Shown here in pieces: positions 38,065 through 47,070 of a DNA stretch of 64,000 bases. A model generated the notes under the pieces. That model saw only the letters and a list, made by a program, of their open reading frames with translations, was not told the DNA's origin and ran no database searches. The stretch's first letter is position 1; every line of letters begins with the position of its first letter. The stretch is from Candidatus Bathyarchaeota archaeon. GTDB taxonomy: Archaea > Thermoproteota > Bathyarchaeia > Bathyarchaeales > Bathycorpusculaceae. The stretch is from NCBI GenBank assembly GCA_963782525.1, contig CAWAKC010000001.1, positions 480,001 to 544,000 on the forward strand, in the 5' to 3' direction. A program made the position numbers and the translations under genes.

Positions 38065-38099
38065 AAAAGATATATCTTTTTCAGATACAGTCATATCTG
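38065..38099. promoter_or_regulatory. Tandem palindromes at the metal-locus promoter
   Basis: AAAAGATATATCTTTT (38065-80) and CAGATA-n6-TATCTG (38082-99). Confidence 0.45.
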
Positions 38100-38135
38100 T
38101 AAACAGACAATCACAATTCAACCGAGAGGAGAAAA

Positions 38136-38256
38136 ATGACAATAGTAAGAGACCCCGTATGCGGCTGGAGCCATGGCGATAAGCAGCTTAACCGTAGTCA
38201 GCAATTCTGCATCATTAAAGTTAGCTATGTTTAAATCAGCCCAAGGTAAAACATGA
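38136..38256 (+). pseudogene. Internally deleted heavy-metal P1B-ATPase (copA-like) remnant
   Basis: GAGGAG RBS + MTIVRDPVCG (YHS/TRASH start) joined out of frame to AAGAMAISSLTVVSNSASLK (last TM motif of P1B ATPases). Confidence 0.75.
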
Positions 38257-38281
38257 ACAGTCAACGTGAGGTGAAAAAAAT

Positions 38282-38473
38282 ATGGCAAAAGATCCAATAT
38301 GCGACATGATGGTAGACGAGAAAAAAACAAAATTCAAATCCGACTACAACGGCAAAACCTATTATTTCTGCGCAGCCTCCTGCAAAGCAACTTTCGACAA
38401 ATCTCCAGCAAAATATGCTGGCAACTCAGCTCCGTCAGGGCATAGTTGCAATTGTGGCCACGACCATTGCTAA
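38282..38473 (+). CDS. YHS/TRASH-domain metal-binding protein
   Basis: KDPICDM...YYFCAASC plus His/Cys-rich tail HSCNCGHDHC. Confidence 0.88.
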   Translation: MAKDPICDMMVDEKKTKFKSDYNGKTYYFCAASCKATFDKSPAKYAGNSAPSGHSCNCGHDHC

Positions 38474-38536
38474 CCAGTAGAGTTAGCTTTTAACATCTTT
38501 TCTTTGATTTCTTTCATCATTTATCGTTTTTACTTG

Positions 38537-39235
38537 TTAGGGCATTTTGGATTTTTCTTCAACAGGCAACTTCTCTGCGAATGCACCCAGCAAGACATGT
38601 TCAGCGAAAAGGTCCTCGTTGAAGGCTCCCACAAACTCGACTGTCTCGTTGATTATTATCTTTGGAACTCCAATCACATTGTATTTCATGGCTAAGTCTG
38701 GGAATTCGCTGCTTTCTATAATGTCGGCTTTGACCATGTCGCTTTCTATGGCTAATTTATGGGCAACAGCAGCTGCGGCGGGGCAGTGGGGACAGGTTAG
38801 TGTGACGAAGACTTGGATGTGAACAGGCAATTTAACATCCGACAGTATCTGTTTGGTTTTGTCGGAAAGGTCAGTTTTGCCCTTTGAAACATTGACGATG
38901 GCTTCAATCAAGGTTTGAAGCTCATACCCATACGGAATGCCGTAAATTCTTACGCCATAGTCTTTTTTGCCTATTATGGCTAAAGCAGGTATCTTGTCGA
39001 TACCAAATTCCTTGGCTTTCGCTGCGTTAGCTACAAAATCGTAAACTTCCGAGGTTATTTTGCTGTTCAGCGATGCAAGTTCTTGGGCGAGTTTTCTTGT
39101 ATCCGAACAGTATCGGCACTCAAACTCCTGAGTAAACATAACAATTTTTACGGGATCAACCAGTTTTTCCTCAAAATCTTTCTTAAGTAATTCTTTTTTA
39201 TCGTCAGGTAATAGACTCATGCTTTTTCCTCGCAA
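38537..39235 (-). CDS. Protein disulfide oxidoreductase (two thioredoxin folds)
   Basis: CRYC and CPHC motifs, GIPYGYE, VPK. Confidence 0.9.
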   Translation of the reverse strand: MRGKSMSLLPDDKKELLKKDFEEKLVDPVKIVMFTQEFECRYCSDTRKLAQELASLNSKITSEVYDFVANAAKAKEFGIDKIPALAIIGKKDYGVRIYGIPYGYELQTLIEAIVNVSKGKTDLSDKTKQILSDVKLPVHIQVFVTLTCPHCPAAAAVAHKLAIESDMVKADIIESSEFPDLAMKYNVIGVPKIIINETVEFVGAFNEDLFAEHVLLGAFAEKLPVEEKSKMP

Positions 39236-39379
39236 AAATATTTGACAATCCAGCTTCTACAGTAGACTTTGTTGTTCCCGAAATATAACTGTAGAGTTCG
39301 GGGTTTGAGAACGAAAGTCATATAAGAGTTTTTGAGATTTTCTCTTTCATTGACGTTTGATTTTTGGAGAAGGTAAAAA

Positions 39380-40570
39380 ATGGTTAAAATTGCCCTAAAA
39401 GAGGGAGTATACTGGGTAGGCGTTGTTGACTGGAACATACGGGACTTCCACGATTATAGTACAAATCGAGGCTCCAGCTACAACGCGTACTTGATAACAG
39501 ACGAAAAAACCGCATTAATCGATACCGTGAAAGCGGCATTCTGCAAAGAACTCGTCGACCACATCTCTGAGTTAGTCGAAATAGAAAAACTCGACTACAT
39601 CATAGTAAACCATGTGGAAATGGATCATTCAAGCAGCCTTCCATTAATTGCTAAGCTGGCAAAAAACGCCAGAATCTATGCCACCGCCCGAGGTAAAGAA
39701 GAACTCATAAAACACTATGGCAAGGAGTTTGAACGCGTTGAAACCGTTAAATCCGGGGACACCGTAAAGCTTGGAAAGAAAACACTTACTTTCATTGAGG
39801 CGCCGATGCTGCATTGGCCCGACAGCATGTTCACCTATGTAGTCGAAGATAAGGTACTGATCCCAAACGATGCTTTTGGTCAACACCTCGCGAGTTCAGG
39901 TCGTTTTGACGACGAAGTCGACCAAGAAGTGCTTATGGAGGAAGCAGTTACATACTACGCCAACATTCTCACGCCGTTTGCGCCATTAATTGTTAAGAAA
40001 ATCCAAGAAGTCGTCGACATGAAGATATCGATCGACATGATAGCTCCCAGTCACGGCATTATCTGGCGCAAAGACCCTATGAAAATCGTCAATGCCTATC
40101 TAGATTGGTCTACAGGCAAAATAGTGAAACCCAAAGTAGTCATAGTTTTTGACACTATGTGGGATAGCACAAACAAGATGGCACGAGCAATCGGAGACGG
40201 CGTAGCCAGCCAAGGAGTTGAAGTTAAACTGTTCAAGCTGCGCGCCACAGACAACACTGACGTTGTCACCGAAATCGTGGACTCCAAAGTGGTTCTTGTT
40301 GGTTCGCCCACTTTGAACAACGGCATCTTTCCATCAGTTGGAATGTTTCTAACCTACATAACCGGTTTGAAGCCGCGGGGCAAACTATGGGGTTTCTTCG
40401 GCTCCTATGGTTGGGGAGGAGGCGCTGTGCGAGGTATGGTTAAGATGGCTAAAGAAGCAGGCTTCGACGTCATCGAGCCAACTGTTGAGTTAAAGTGGGT
40501 TCCAACTGAAGAGGAACTCAAAAAGTGCTTTGAATTTGGGCAACAAATCACTCAAAAAGCCAAAGCCTAA
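39380..40570 (+). CDS. fprA: Flavodiiron protein (FprA family)
   Basis: NHVEMDH, LHWPD, DAFG, PSHG, flavodoxin GSPT/GSYGWGG. Confidence 0.93.
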   Translation: MVKIALKEGVYWVGVVDWNIRDFHDYSTNRGSSYNAYLITDEKTALIDTVKAAFCKELVDHISELVEIEKLDYIIVNHVEMDHSSSLPLIAKLAKNARIYATARGKEELIKHYGKEFERVETVKSGDTVKLGKKTLTFIEAPMLHWPDSMFTYVVEDKVLIPNDAFGQHLASSGRFDDEVDQEVLMEEAVTYYANILTPFAPLIVKKIQEVVDMKISIDMIAPSHGIIWRKDPMKIVNAYLDWSTGKIVKPKVVIVFDTMWDSTNKMARAIGDGVASQGVEVKLFKLRATDNTDVVTEIVDSKVVLVGSPTLNNGIFPSVGMFLTYITGLKPRGKLWGFFGSYGWGGGAVRGMVKMAKEAGFDVIEPTVELKWVPTEEELKKCFEFGQQITQKAKA

Positions 40571-40643
40571 CTTTTCCTTATTTTCTTTATTTAAAACCTT
40601 AACCCCATTTTTTAGATAAAAAAAAATAAAAAAATTGCGGCAA

Positions 40644-41204
40644 TTACGCTATTTTCATGAACATATTTCTCTGCGTAGCGCAGATTGGACATGCATCGGG
40701 CGTTGTACCTTCAAAGGTGTTTCCACATACAGGGCAAACATACATGTCCATTGTGGGCAATTCTTTTTTGTTTTTGAGGGCATCGAGTGCTTTTTGGTAG
40801 AGGTTCGCGTGGATTTGCTCGACCTTTTTGGCGTAGTCGAAACTTACTTCAGCTTTTTTGTTGCCTTCTTTTTTGGCTTCAGCGATAAAGTCTGGATACA
40901 TTTTCTTGAACTCGTAGGTTTCACCCGAAATGGCAGTGCCGAGGTTGTCAGCGGTTGATTTTACCTGTCCCAATACACGCAAGTGATTTAGGGCATGGAC
41001 GGTCTCAGCTTCCGCCGCAGCTCGGAAAAGTTTAGCAGTTTGCGGTAAGCCTTCTTCATCAGCCTTACTAGCGAAAGCCGTGTACATTCGGTTAGCTTGG
41101 GATTCGCCTGCGAAGGCAGCTTTTAGGTTTTCATCAGTTTTAGCCATAAAATTCACTGGAAAACAGTAAGGAACAAGCAGGTAATAAGCTATACCGTGCC
41201 CCAA
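40644..41204 (-). CDS. rbr: Rubrerythrin
   Basis: [25 protein letters not shown]-terminal CPVC/CPIC; likely start near 41147. Confidence 0.93.
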   Translation of the reverse strand: MGHGIAYYLLVPYCFPVNFMAKTDENLKAAFAGESQANRMYTAFASKADEEGLPQTAKLFRAAAEAETVHALNHLRVLGQVKSTADNLGTAISGETYEFKKMYPDFIAEAKKEGNKKAEVSFDYAKKVEQIHANLYQKALDALKNKKELPTMDMYVCPVCGNTFEGTTPDACPICATQRNMFMKIA

Positions 41205-41206
41205 AA

Positions 41207-41884
41207 ATGTTCAAGGTAAAGTATATTAGTTGTTTTCTGCTTTGGAGAAGCGTGATTTTGGTGAATTTTATGGAGAAAATAAAATCTTTTACTCTACCCA
41301 AACTACCCTATGAATACAATGCTCTTGCACCATACATTTCAGAGGAACAGCTAAAATTGCATCATGACAAACATCATCAAGCATACGTCAACGGCGCAAA
41401 CGCAATCTTTGAAAAAATAGATAAAGCGCAACAGGAAAACGCCGCATTAGACATCAAAGCAGTTGCAAAAGAGTTATCTTTCCACATCGGCGGTCACATG
41501 TTGCACACAACTTTCTGGGAAAACATGGCGCCAGCAGGCAAAGGCGGCGGAGGACAACCTGGCGGAGCAGTTGCAGACATGATTAACATGGGTTTTGGAA
41601 GCTTTGAACATTTTAAGAAGCAATTCTCGATGGCAGCTACCAGCGTTGAAGGTTCAGGCTGGGCAACATTAGTCGCGCATCCTTGTATTGGCCGACCCCT
41701 CATTATGCAGATTGAAAAACACAATGTAAACGTCTTTCCCAACTTCCAAATCTTAATGGCGTTGGACGTTTGGGAACACGCCTACTACGTTGACTACAAG
41801 AACGACCGCGCCAAATTCGTGGAATCCTTCTGGAACCTGGTCAACTGGGACAAAGTCAACAAAAACCTCAGCTTAGTAAAATAA
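41207..41884 (+). CDS. sod: Fe/Mn superoxide dismutase
   Basis: [23 protein letters not shown]; likely start ATG 41270. Confidence 0.95.
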   Translation: MFKVKYISCFLLWRSVILVNFMEKIKSFTLPKLPYEYNALAPYISEEQLKLHHDKHHQAYVNGANAIFEKIDKAQQENAALDIKAVAKELSFHIGGHMLHTTFWENMAPAGKGGGGQPGGAVADMINMGFGSFEHFKKQFSMAATSVEGSGWATLVAHPCIGRPLIMQIEKHNVNVFPNFQILMALDVWEHAYYVDYKNDRAKFVESFWNLVNWDKVNKNLSLVK

Positions 41885-41949
41885 GCTTTTTGCTTACTTT
41901 TTCTTTGTTTTGTTTTTAAAAAAAATATAATGCGCCTAAAAATAAGCGC

Positions 41950-42276
41950 CTAAGGTTGCGGAGTTATTTTTATCGCCGCCGCTGGACATTGCATCTCGCA
42001 CGCCAAGCATTGTATGCAGTCTTTTTCGCGTGCCGGGTCAGATTTCCGCTCAGAAAGGGGGTGTCCAGGAGAATCAGCCCAATCGTATAACGAAACTGGG
42101 CAAACGTCGATGCACACACCATCTCCAACGCAACTATCCCAGTCTACCGCACTGGTTGTTCCATGTATTCCAAGTTTTTTGGGGGCTTCAATTGGTCCCC
42201 AGACTTTGTGACCGTTATGTTCACTTACAACTTGTCGTTTAGTTTGAAAATCAGGGTCTATTGGCAAAAAATTCAC
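41950..42276 (-). CDS. Zinc-containing dicluster ferredoxin (Zfx-like)
   Basis: EHNGH...GIHG N-terminal extension, CxxDxxCxxxCP and CxxCxxCxxxCP. Confidence 0.85.
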   Translation of the reverse strand: MNFLPIDPDFQTKRQVVSEHNGHKVWGPIEAPKKLGIHGTTSAVDWDSCVGDGVCIDVCPVSLYDWADSPGHPLSERKSDPAREKDCIQCLACEMQCPAAAIKITPQP

Positions 42277-42359
42277 CGTATTAACGTGGGGAACCCCATA
42301 ATATTAGGTTTTCTGCCTGAAGTTTTACACAAAGCATTTTGGGTTAGCCAGCATAACAT

Positions 42360-43151
42360 ATGGTGATTTCAATGAGTCAATATTATTTGCCTGTTGGCAT
42401 GAGATACTCGACTTTGGAGGAAAGAAAACAATTCTACTCCAAAGAATTTGAACTTAAGAAAGTGGCTGAATGGTTCACAGGTGGGCTGGGCAACACAAAG
42501 TTTGCAGTCATTATAGGCAGGCATTCAAAAATTTACCCGGAAAAATACAAGGAAGACTCCGCAACCACCATAATAATCGATGAGTACAAGGATTTAGAGG
42601 ATTTGCGTGGTCAAATATTGGAGTTTCTGCCAGAAGCCGTCTACTACGACCGAAATGTATACGACGCAAAAAACAAAATAGTTGGGCAAGAGCTCGCCTT
42701 TGACCTTGATCCCGAAAACATAACCTGTCCTATCCACGGTAGTTTGGCAGATAAGTTGAAACGCCATCAAGGATTAAGCTTCTGCGAAATTGAATTTGAC
42801 ATGGTTAAAAAGGAGGCAATTGGGCTCTACGATTTTTTGGAAACCCGATTCTCGAATTTGAGAGTTGCTTATTCGGGCAGAGGCTTTCACTTGCACGTTT
42901 TTGACCCTCAAACCTGCACACTTAGCACCAAAGAGCGGCTGGACATTGCCCGGGAAGCAAAACAGGCAGGGTTCCATATCGACGAATGGGTAACTTCAGG
43001 CGAATACCGCTTAGTCCGATTGCCCTACAGCCTAAACGGTTTAGTATCAAGAATGGCATTACCACTAAGAAAAGAGGAATTAGAAAGCTTTGACGCCGTC
43101 TACGATGAGAGGTGTCGACCAAAGTTTTTGGTTCAAGAAGCTACTTTTTGA
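42360..43151 (+). CDS. Archaeo-eukaryotic primase (PriS-like) protein
   Basis: ELAFDLD, CPIH..C zinc motif, YSGRGFH, IDEWVT, RLVRLPYSLN. Confidence 0.85.
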   Translation: MVISMSQYYLPVGMRYSTLEERKQFYSKEFELKKVAEWFTGGLGNTKFAVIIGRHSKIYPEKYKEDSATTIIIDEYKDLEDLRGQILEFLPEAVYYDRNVYDAKNKIVGQELAFDLDPENITCPIHGSLADKLKRHQGLSFCEIEFDMVKKEAIGLYDFLETRFSNLRVAYSGRGFHLHVFDPQTCTLSTKERLDIAREAKQAGFHIDEWVTSGEYRLVRLPYSLNGLVSRMALPLRKEELESFDAVYDERCRPKFLVQEATF

Positions 43152-43233
43152 CTACTTTAGCCTTTTTTTCGGCTTTACTGTAATATGCAGCTTTTTTCTT
43201 TTCTTCTTCTGCAGTTTTAGGTTTTTTTGACAA
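43141..43233 (-). CDS. Lys-rich 30-aa microprotein
   Basis: GAGGAG RBS, TTG start, upstream TTTTAAG; MSKKPKTAEEEKKKAAYYSKAEKKAKVVKK. Confidence 0.55.
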   Translation of the reverse strand: MSKKPKTAEEEKKKAAYYSKAEKKAKVVKK

Positions 43234-43359
43234 TAAAACTCCTCATAAAAGAGTATTCTGGCAGATGCTTAAAAGACTTTTTGAACCGACTATTAGCAAT
43301 TGAAAGGTTTATCTGAGTTTGATTCTTCATTTTCTTGTACACATACTTGAGGTTGTTTC

Positions 43360-44745
43360 ATGGAGCAGTTTGATGTTATTGTAATCGGTTCGGGTTCAGG
43401 AATGCTAATTGCATCCGCCGCGGTTGAGCAAGGTTTCAAAGTAGCGTTGATTGAACGTGGAAAGATGGGCGGCACTTGCATAAATGTGGGCTGTGTCCCC
43501 TCGAAGATGTTGATTTACCCCGCCGATGTTTTAGCCACCATCGAAGAAGCAAAGAAAGTGGGCATCAATGCAACTGTGAACCCAGTTGATTTCAACAATA
43601 TCATTGGCAGGATGCACGAACTCGTTAATCATGATTCGGCCCAGCAAGCTGCAGCCGTCGAGGCAACTGAGAACTTAACGTGGTTTAAAGAAACATCCGA
43701 ATTCACATCAGATTATACATTACAGGTTGGCGATCATACGATAACTGCCAAAGTCATCTTTTTAGTTTCAGGTGCACGAGCCGCAATTCCCTCTATTAAA
43801 GGCATAGAAAACGTGAGTTACCTAACCAGCGACACCGTGCTGGAGCTAACAACTCAACCCAAGAGCATATTAATTGTAGGCGGAGGCTACATCGGCATGG
43901 AGTACGGTCACTTCTTCTCAGCCATCGGCACCAAAACCATCATACTACAGCGTCCTTTCCAAGTGGTTCCTGAAGAGGAGCCAGAAGTCTCCGACCTTTT
44001 AAAGACTGAGTTGGGAAAGCGCATAGAAATCTATACGGGATTTGAAGCCTTAGAAGCTAAACAGGAAAGCGGCACTAAAATTATCGTTGCCAAGAACCGA
44101 CAAGATGGCAGCATCAAAGAATTTTTGGCTGAAGCCCTAATGGTTGCCACAGGCAGAGTATCCAACGCCTACAGCCTTAAACCAGAAAAAACAGGCGTAA
44201 AACTCGACGAACATGGCTTCATAAAAGTTAACGAGTACCTCGAAACAACGAAGAAAAACATATTTGCCTTCGGCGATGCCATCGGCAAACAAATGTTCAA
44301 GCATGTAGCCAACTATGAGGCAGGCATAGCTTGGCACAACACAATCCATGACCACAAAGCAAAGGTAGACCTCTCAGCGGCACCACACGCAATCTTCACC
44401 CATCCCCAAGTTGCCTCAGTCGGGTTGAAGGAAGAGGAAGCTAAGCAGCAAGGATACAAGTTCTTGGTTGGAATGGCACTCTACAAAGACACAGCTATGG
44501 GTGCAGCACTTGGTTATCCTGAAGGTTTCGTAAAAGTCATCGTTGAACAGCAAACAGGCAAAATCTTGGGCGCCCACATAATCGGTCCCGAAGCATCCAT
44601 CCTCATACAGGAAATCACAAATGCCATGCTTTCAGAAAAAGGTGATTTTGGACCCATCGCAAGAGGCATGCATATCCATCCAGCCCTTAACGAAGTCGTG
44701 CAAAACGCTTTCGGCAACCTACACGAGCATGGACATGAACACTAA
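43360..44745 (+). CDS. Class I flavoprotein disulfide reductase (dihydrolipoamide dehydrogenase/mycothione reductase-like)
   Basis: GGTCINVGCVPSK, GGGYIG, HIHPALNE. Confidence 0.88.
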   Translation: MEQFDVIVIGSGSGMLIASAAVEQGFKVALIERGKMGGTCINVGCVPSKMLIYPADVLATIEEAKKVGINATVNPVDFNNIIGRMHELVNHDSAQQAAAVEATENLTWFKETSEFTSDYTLQVGDHTITAKVIFLVSGARAAIPSIKGIENVSYLTSDTVLELTTQPKSILIVGGGYIGMEYGHFFSAIGTKTIILQRPFQVVPEEEPEVSDLLKTELGKRIEIYTGFEALEAKQESGTKIIVAKNRQDGSIKEFLAEALMVATGRVSNAYSLKPEKTGVKLDEHGFIKVNEYLETTKKNIFAFGDAIGKQMFKHVANYEAGIAWHNTIHDHKAKVDLSAAPHAIFTHPQVASVGLKEEEAKQQGYKFLVGMALYKDTAMGAALGYPEGFVKVIVEQQTGKILGAHIIGPEASILIQEITNAMLSEKGDFGPIARGMHIHPALNEVVQNAFGNLHEHGHEH

Positions 44746-44806
44746 AACTGCTTAAATCTAAACAGTTATATTTGGCTTACACCAAACTTTATTTAGTGAG
44801 ATTTTT

Positions 44807-45091
44807 ATGCAGTTTTCCAAAGTTTCTGGCAAGAAAAATAATCACAAGGTCACCCTCTACGCTTTAAGCACTTGCGTTTGGTGCAAAATGACAAAACAAT
44901 ACCTAAACGACAATGGCGTCGAATACCAATGGGTTGATGTCGATTTGCTCGATGACAATGACAAAACCAGAGTCCATACGGACATAATTAGCAAAGGCGG
45001 AGTACTGAGCTACCCAACAATTATCGTGGATGACAAAACCGTAATTACAGGATTCCGCAAAGACCTTCTTAAAGAGGCACTGACCCTTTGA
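44807..45091 (+). CDS. Glutaredoxin-like protein
   Basis: CVWC, SYPT, TGF. Confidence 0.88.
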   Translation: MQFSKVSGKKNNHKVTLYALSTCVWCKMTKQYLNDNGVEYQWVDVDLLDDNDKTRVHTDIISKGGVLSYPTIIVDDKTVITGFRKDLLKEALTL

Positions 45092-45651
45092 TCACACTTG
45101 AACAAGTCCGCAAAAGAGCAGAAGCCGACGCAAAAACCTACGGCTACTACTTAACACCTCAAGCCGACCTTCTGCAAATGTTCATCGAAGGGCTTAAGAC
45201 AAACGAAGACCGCTATGGTTATCCGTCATGCCCTTGCAGATTGGCAACAGGCAACTTAGAAATCGACCGAGACATCATCTGTCCATGCGACTACCGCGAC
45301 CCCGATGTCGCAGAATTTGGCGCATGCTATTGCAGGCTTTATGTTAACAAAGCGGTATTTGAAAGCCAAAACCTTCCTGAGGTTCCTGAACGACGACCGC
45401 TTGAAAAACAGGGAAGAGCATACGGAGTGCCAGTGCTTCCTCAACAAGCTCAAGCACAAGGGATACAAGAAAAAACCGCTGCATTATCCACCCCGCAACC
45501 GCATAAGGCAGAGGTAAAAAAGAAGTTATGGTACTGCAAACAATGCGGATACGTCGTTTACCGCGAGGACCCCCCCTATGTTTGCCCGATATGTAAAGCT
45601 AAAAGGGAAATGTTCGCCGAAATACAAGCCAAAGTTGAATTCAAGGGTTAA
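45088..45651 (+). CDS. Ferredoxin:disulfide reductase (FTR catalytic domain + rubredoxin-like domain)
   Basis: CPC, CPC, CYC FTR motifs; C-terminal CKQC/CPIC. Confidence 0.9.
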   Translation: MITLEQVRKRAEADAKTYGYYLTPQADLLQMFIEGLKTNEDRYGYPSCPCRLATGNLEIDRDIICPCDYRDPDVAEFGACYCRLYVNKAVFESQNLPEVPERRPLEKQGRAYGVPVLPQQAQAQGIQEKTAALSTPQPHKAEVKKKLWYCKQCGYVVYREDPPYVCPICKAKREMFAEIQAKVEFKG

Positions 45652-45655
45652 AAAA

Positions 45656-45805
45656 CTATTTTTGGATTTCTATCTCGATTTTCTTCCAATCTTCTTTTAT
45701 TCCCTTAAGGGACATAACGCCGCCCGTAATGGTTCCATTCAACATTCTTGCAACAAATTCGTTTAAAGGGATTTCTTTTCCGTCAACTTTCAATTTTAGA
45801 CTCAA
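45656..45805 (-). CDS. 49-aa protein resembling the C-terminal domain of archaeal MobB-type proteins
   Basis: MSLKLKVDGKEIPLNEFVARMLNGTITGGVMSLKGIKEDWKKIEIEIQK. Confidence 0.7.
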   Translation of the reverse strand: MSLKLKVDGKEIPLNEFVARMLNGTITGGVMSLKGIKEDWKKIEIEIQK

Positions 45806-45988
45806 CTTGTTCACCAAGGTATTATGAAATAGAAGGGTGAAGCGTAAAAAGTTTTTGCGAATAATTCATTAAATGAAGTGGGCTTCTCTCAATTTTAGGA
45901 GCACAGTAAAATGGATTTCTCGTTAAAGTGTATGTTTTAATAAAAATGGGAATTATTTGCGAGCCTATTTACGTAGTGATTTTTTAGG

Positions 45989-46099
45989 TTAGTTTTTGGC
46001 ATTAATGCATTTCCTCCTCAGAAGAGTGTATTTGGCGAAGGCTAAAGATAGGGATGCTAATCCGAAGACCTCTATTATTAGGGCTGTTGTTTCTATCAT
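45989..46099 (-). CDS. 36-aa single-TM microprotein
   Basis: MIETTALIIEVFGLASLSLAFAKYTLLRRKCINAKN. Confidence 0.45.
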   Translation of the reverse strand: MIETTALIIEVFGLASLSLAFAKYTLLRRKCINAKN

Positions 46100-46109
46100 T
46101 TTGGGTCAC

Positions 46110-46181
46110 TTAGGTTTCCTTTAAGGCTGTTTCCATGCAGCCTTTGGTAATTTTTTCTTTTTTTATTGTTTTTTCGCTCAT
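46110..46181 (-). CDS. Possible 23-aa micropeptide
   Basis: MSEKTIKKEKITKGCMETALKET; downstream of a TATA-like element near 46224-46231. Confidence 0.3.
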   Translation of the reverse strand: MSEKTIKKEKITKGCMETALKET

Positions 46182-46314
46182 TTTTTACTACACTTTTGGT
46201 CATTATTGCAGTATGTTCAATAAAATATAAATGTAGTTAAGATTTGTTCATAAAAATTATGAAATATTAGACAAATAAGAGGTTTATTAAATGGCGACCA
46301 AAAAAATGTTCAAA

Positions 46315-46887
46315 CTAAATTTTTGAGCCGGTCGATTTAACAGTCACTCTCAACTTCGTCAAGTTCTCCTTAATCTCGGCCTTAACACCCATAGCTGCAA
46401 AGTATTCCTCAAGGAAAATCCTTATAAAATCCTTGGAAACCTCCGAAACCAACACCAACGTGTAGTCGTTTGGAGCGTTCTTGGTTAAGCGATAAAAGTT
46501 GCACACTTCAAGCCGATAGAGCATTTCTTCGGGTGAGTGCACTTTGGTCTTTAGCTGTTCCCAATGGGCACGTGCTACTTCTTTGTGCTCTTTCCAGAAC
46601 ATTTCCCTCTCTGGTGAGGAAGCTATTAAGCGCAGGAACATAAGCCAGTGGTCAACGTCCAGAATTATGTGTTCGCCGGTGAGTAGCATGTCGAGGTAGG
46701 CGTGGATTTTTTTCTTGGGTACTGGGTCTTCGAGTGCTTTATTTTCGTTGTAGAATTTTAAGGCGCGGCGCATTATTTCGCTCTGTGAAACTTGGGCTTC
46801 GGTGCTTATTTTTTCGAGCAAGTCAGCTGTTGATTTGTCGAAGGCTACGGTTATTCTTGTTGGGTTTACCATGTTTTCACTTGACAC
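46315..46887 (-). CDS. CopG/RHH family transcription regulator
   Basis: RITVAFD...VSQSEIMRRAL RHH; GEHIILDVDHW C-terminal domain. Confidence 0.85.
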   Translation of the reverse strand: MSSENMVNPTRITVAFDKSTADLLEKISTEAQVSQSEIMRRALKFYNENKALEDPVPKKKIHAYLDMLLTGEHIILDVDHWLMFLRLIASSPEREMFWKEHKEVARAHWEQLKTKVHSPEEMLYRLEVCNFYRLTKNAPNDYTLVLVSEVSKDFIRIFLEEYFAAMGVKAEIKENLTKLRVTVKSTGSKI

Positions 46888-47070
46888 TTATCTGACACAT
46901 TTTCAGACTATTGGAAATTATATAAACATTATGTAGTAACATGAAGATTTTAATTTGCATATTTAAAGCTTAACTATAAATTTGTAGACATTTGTTTAGA
47001 ATACGAAAGCATCTCCCAACACACTCAAAGCTTTTTTAGACACCACCATTAACATAAGTCATCAGGCGTC

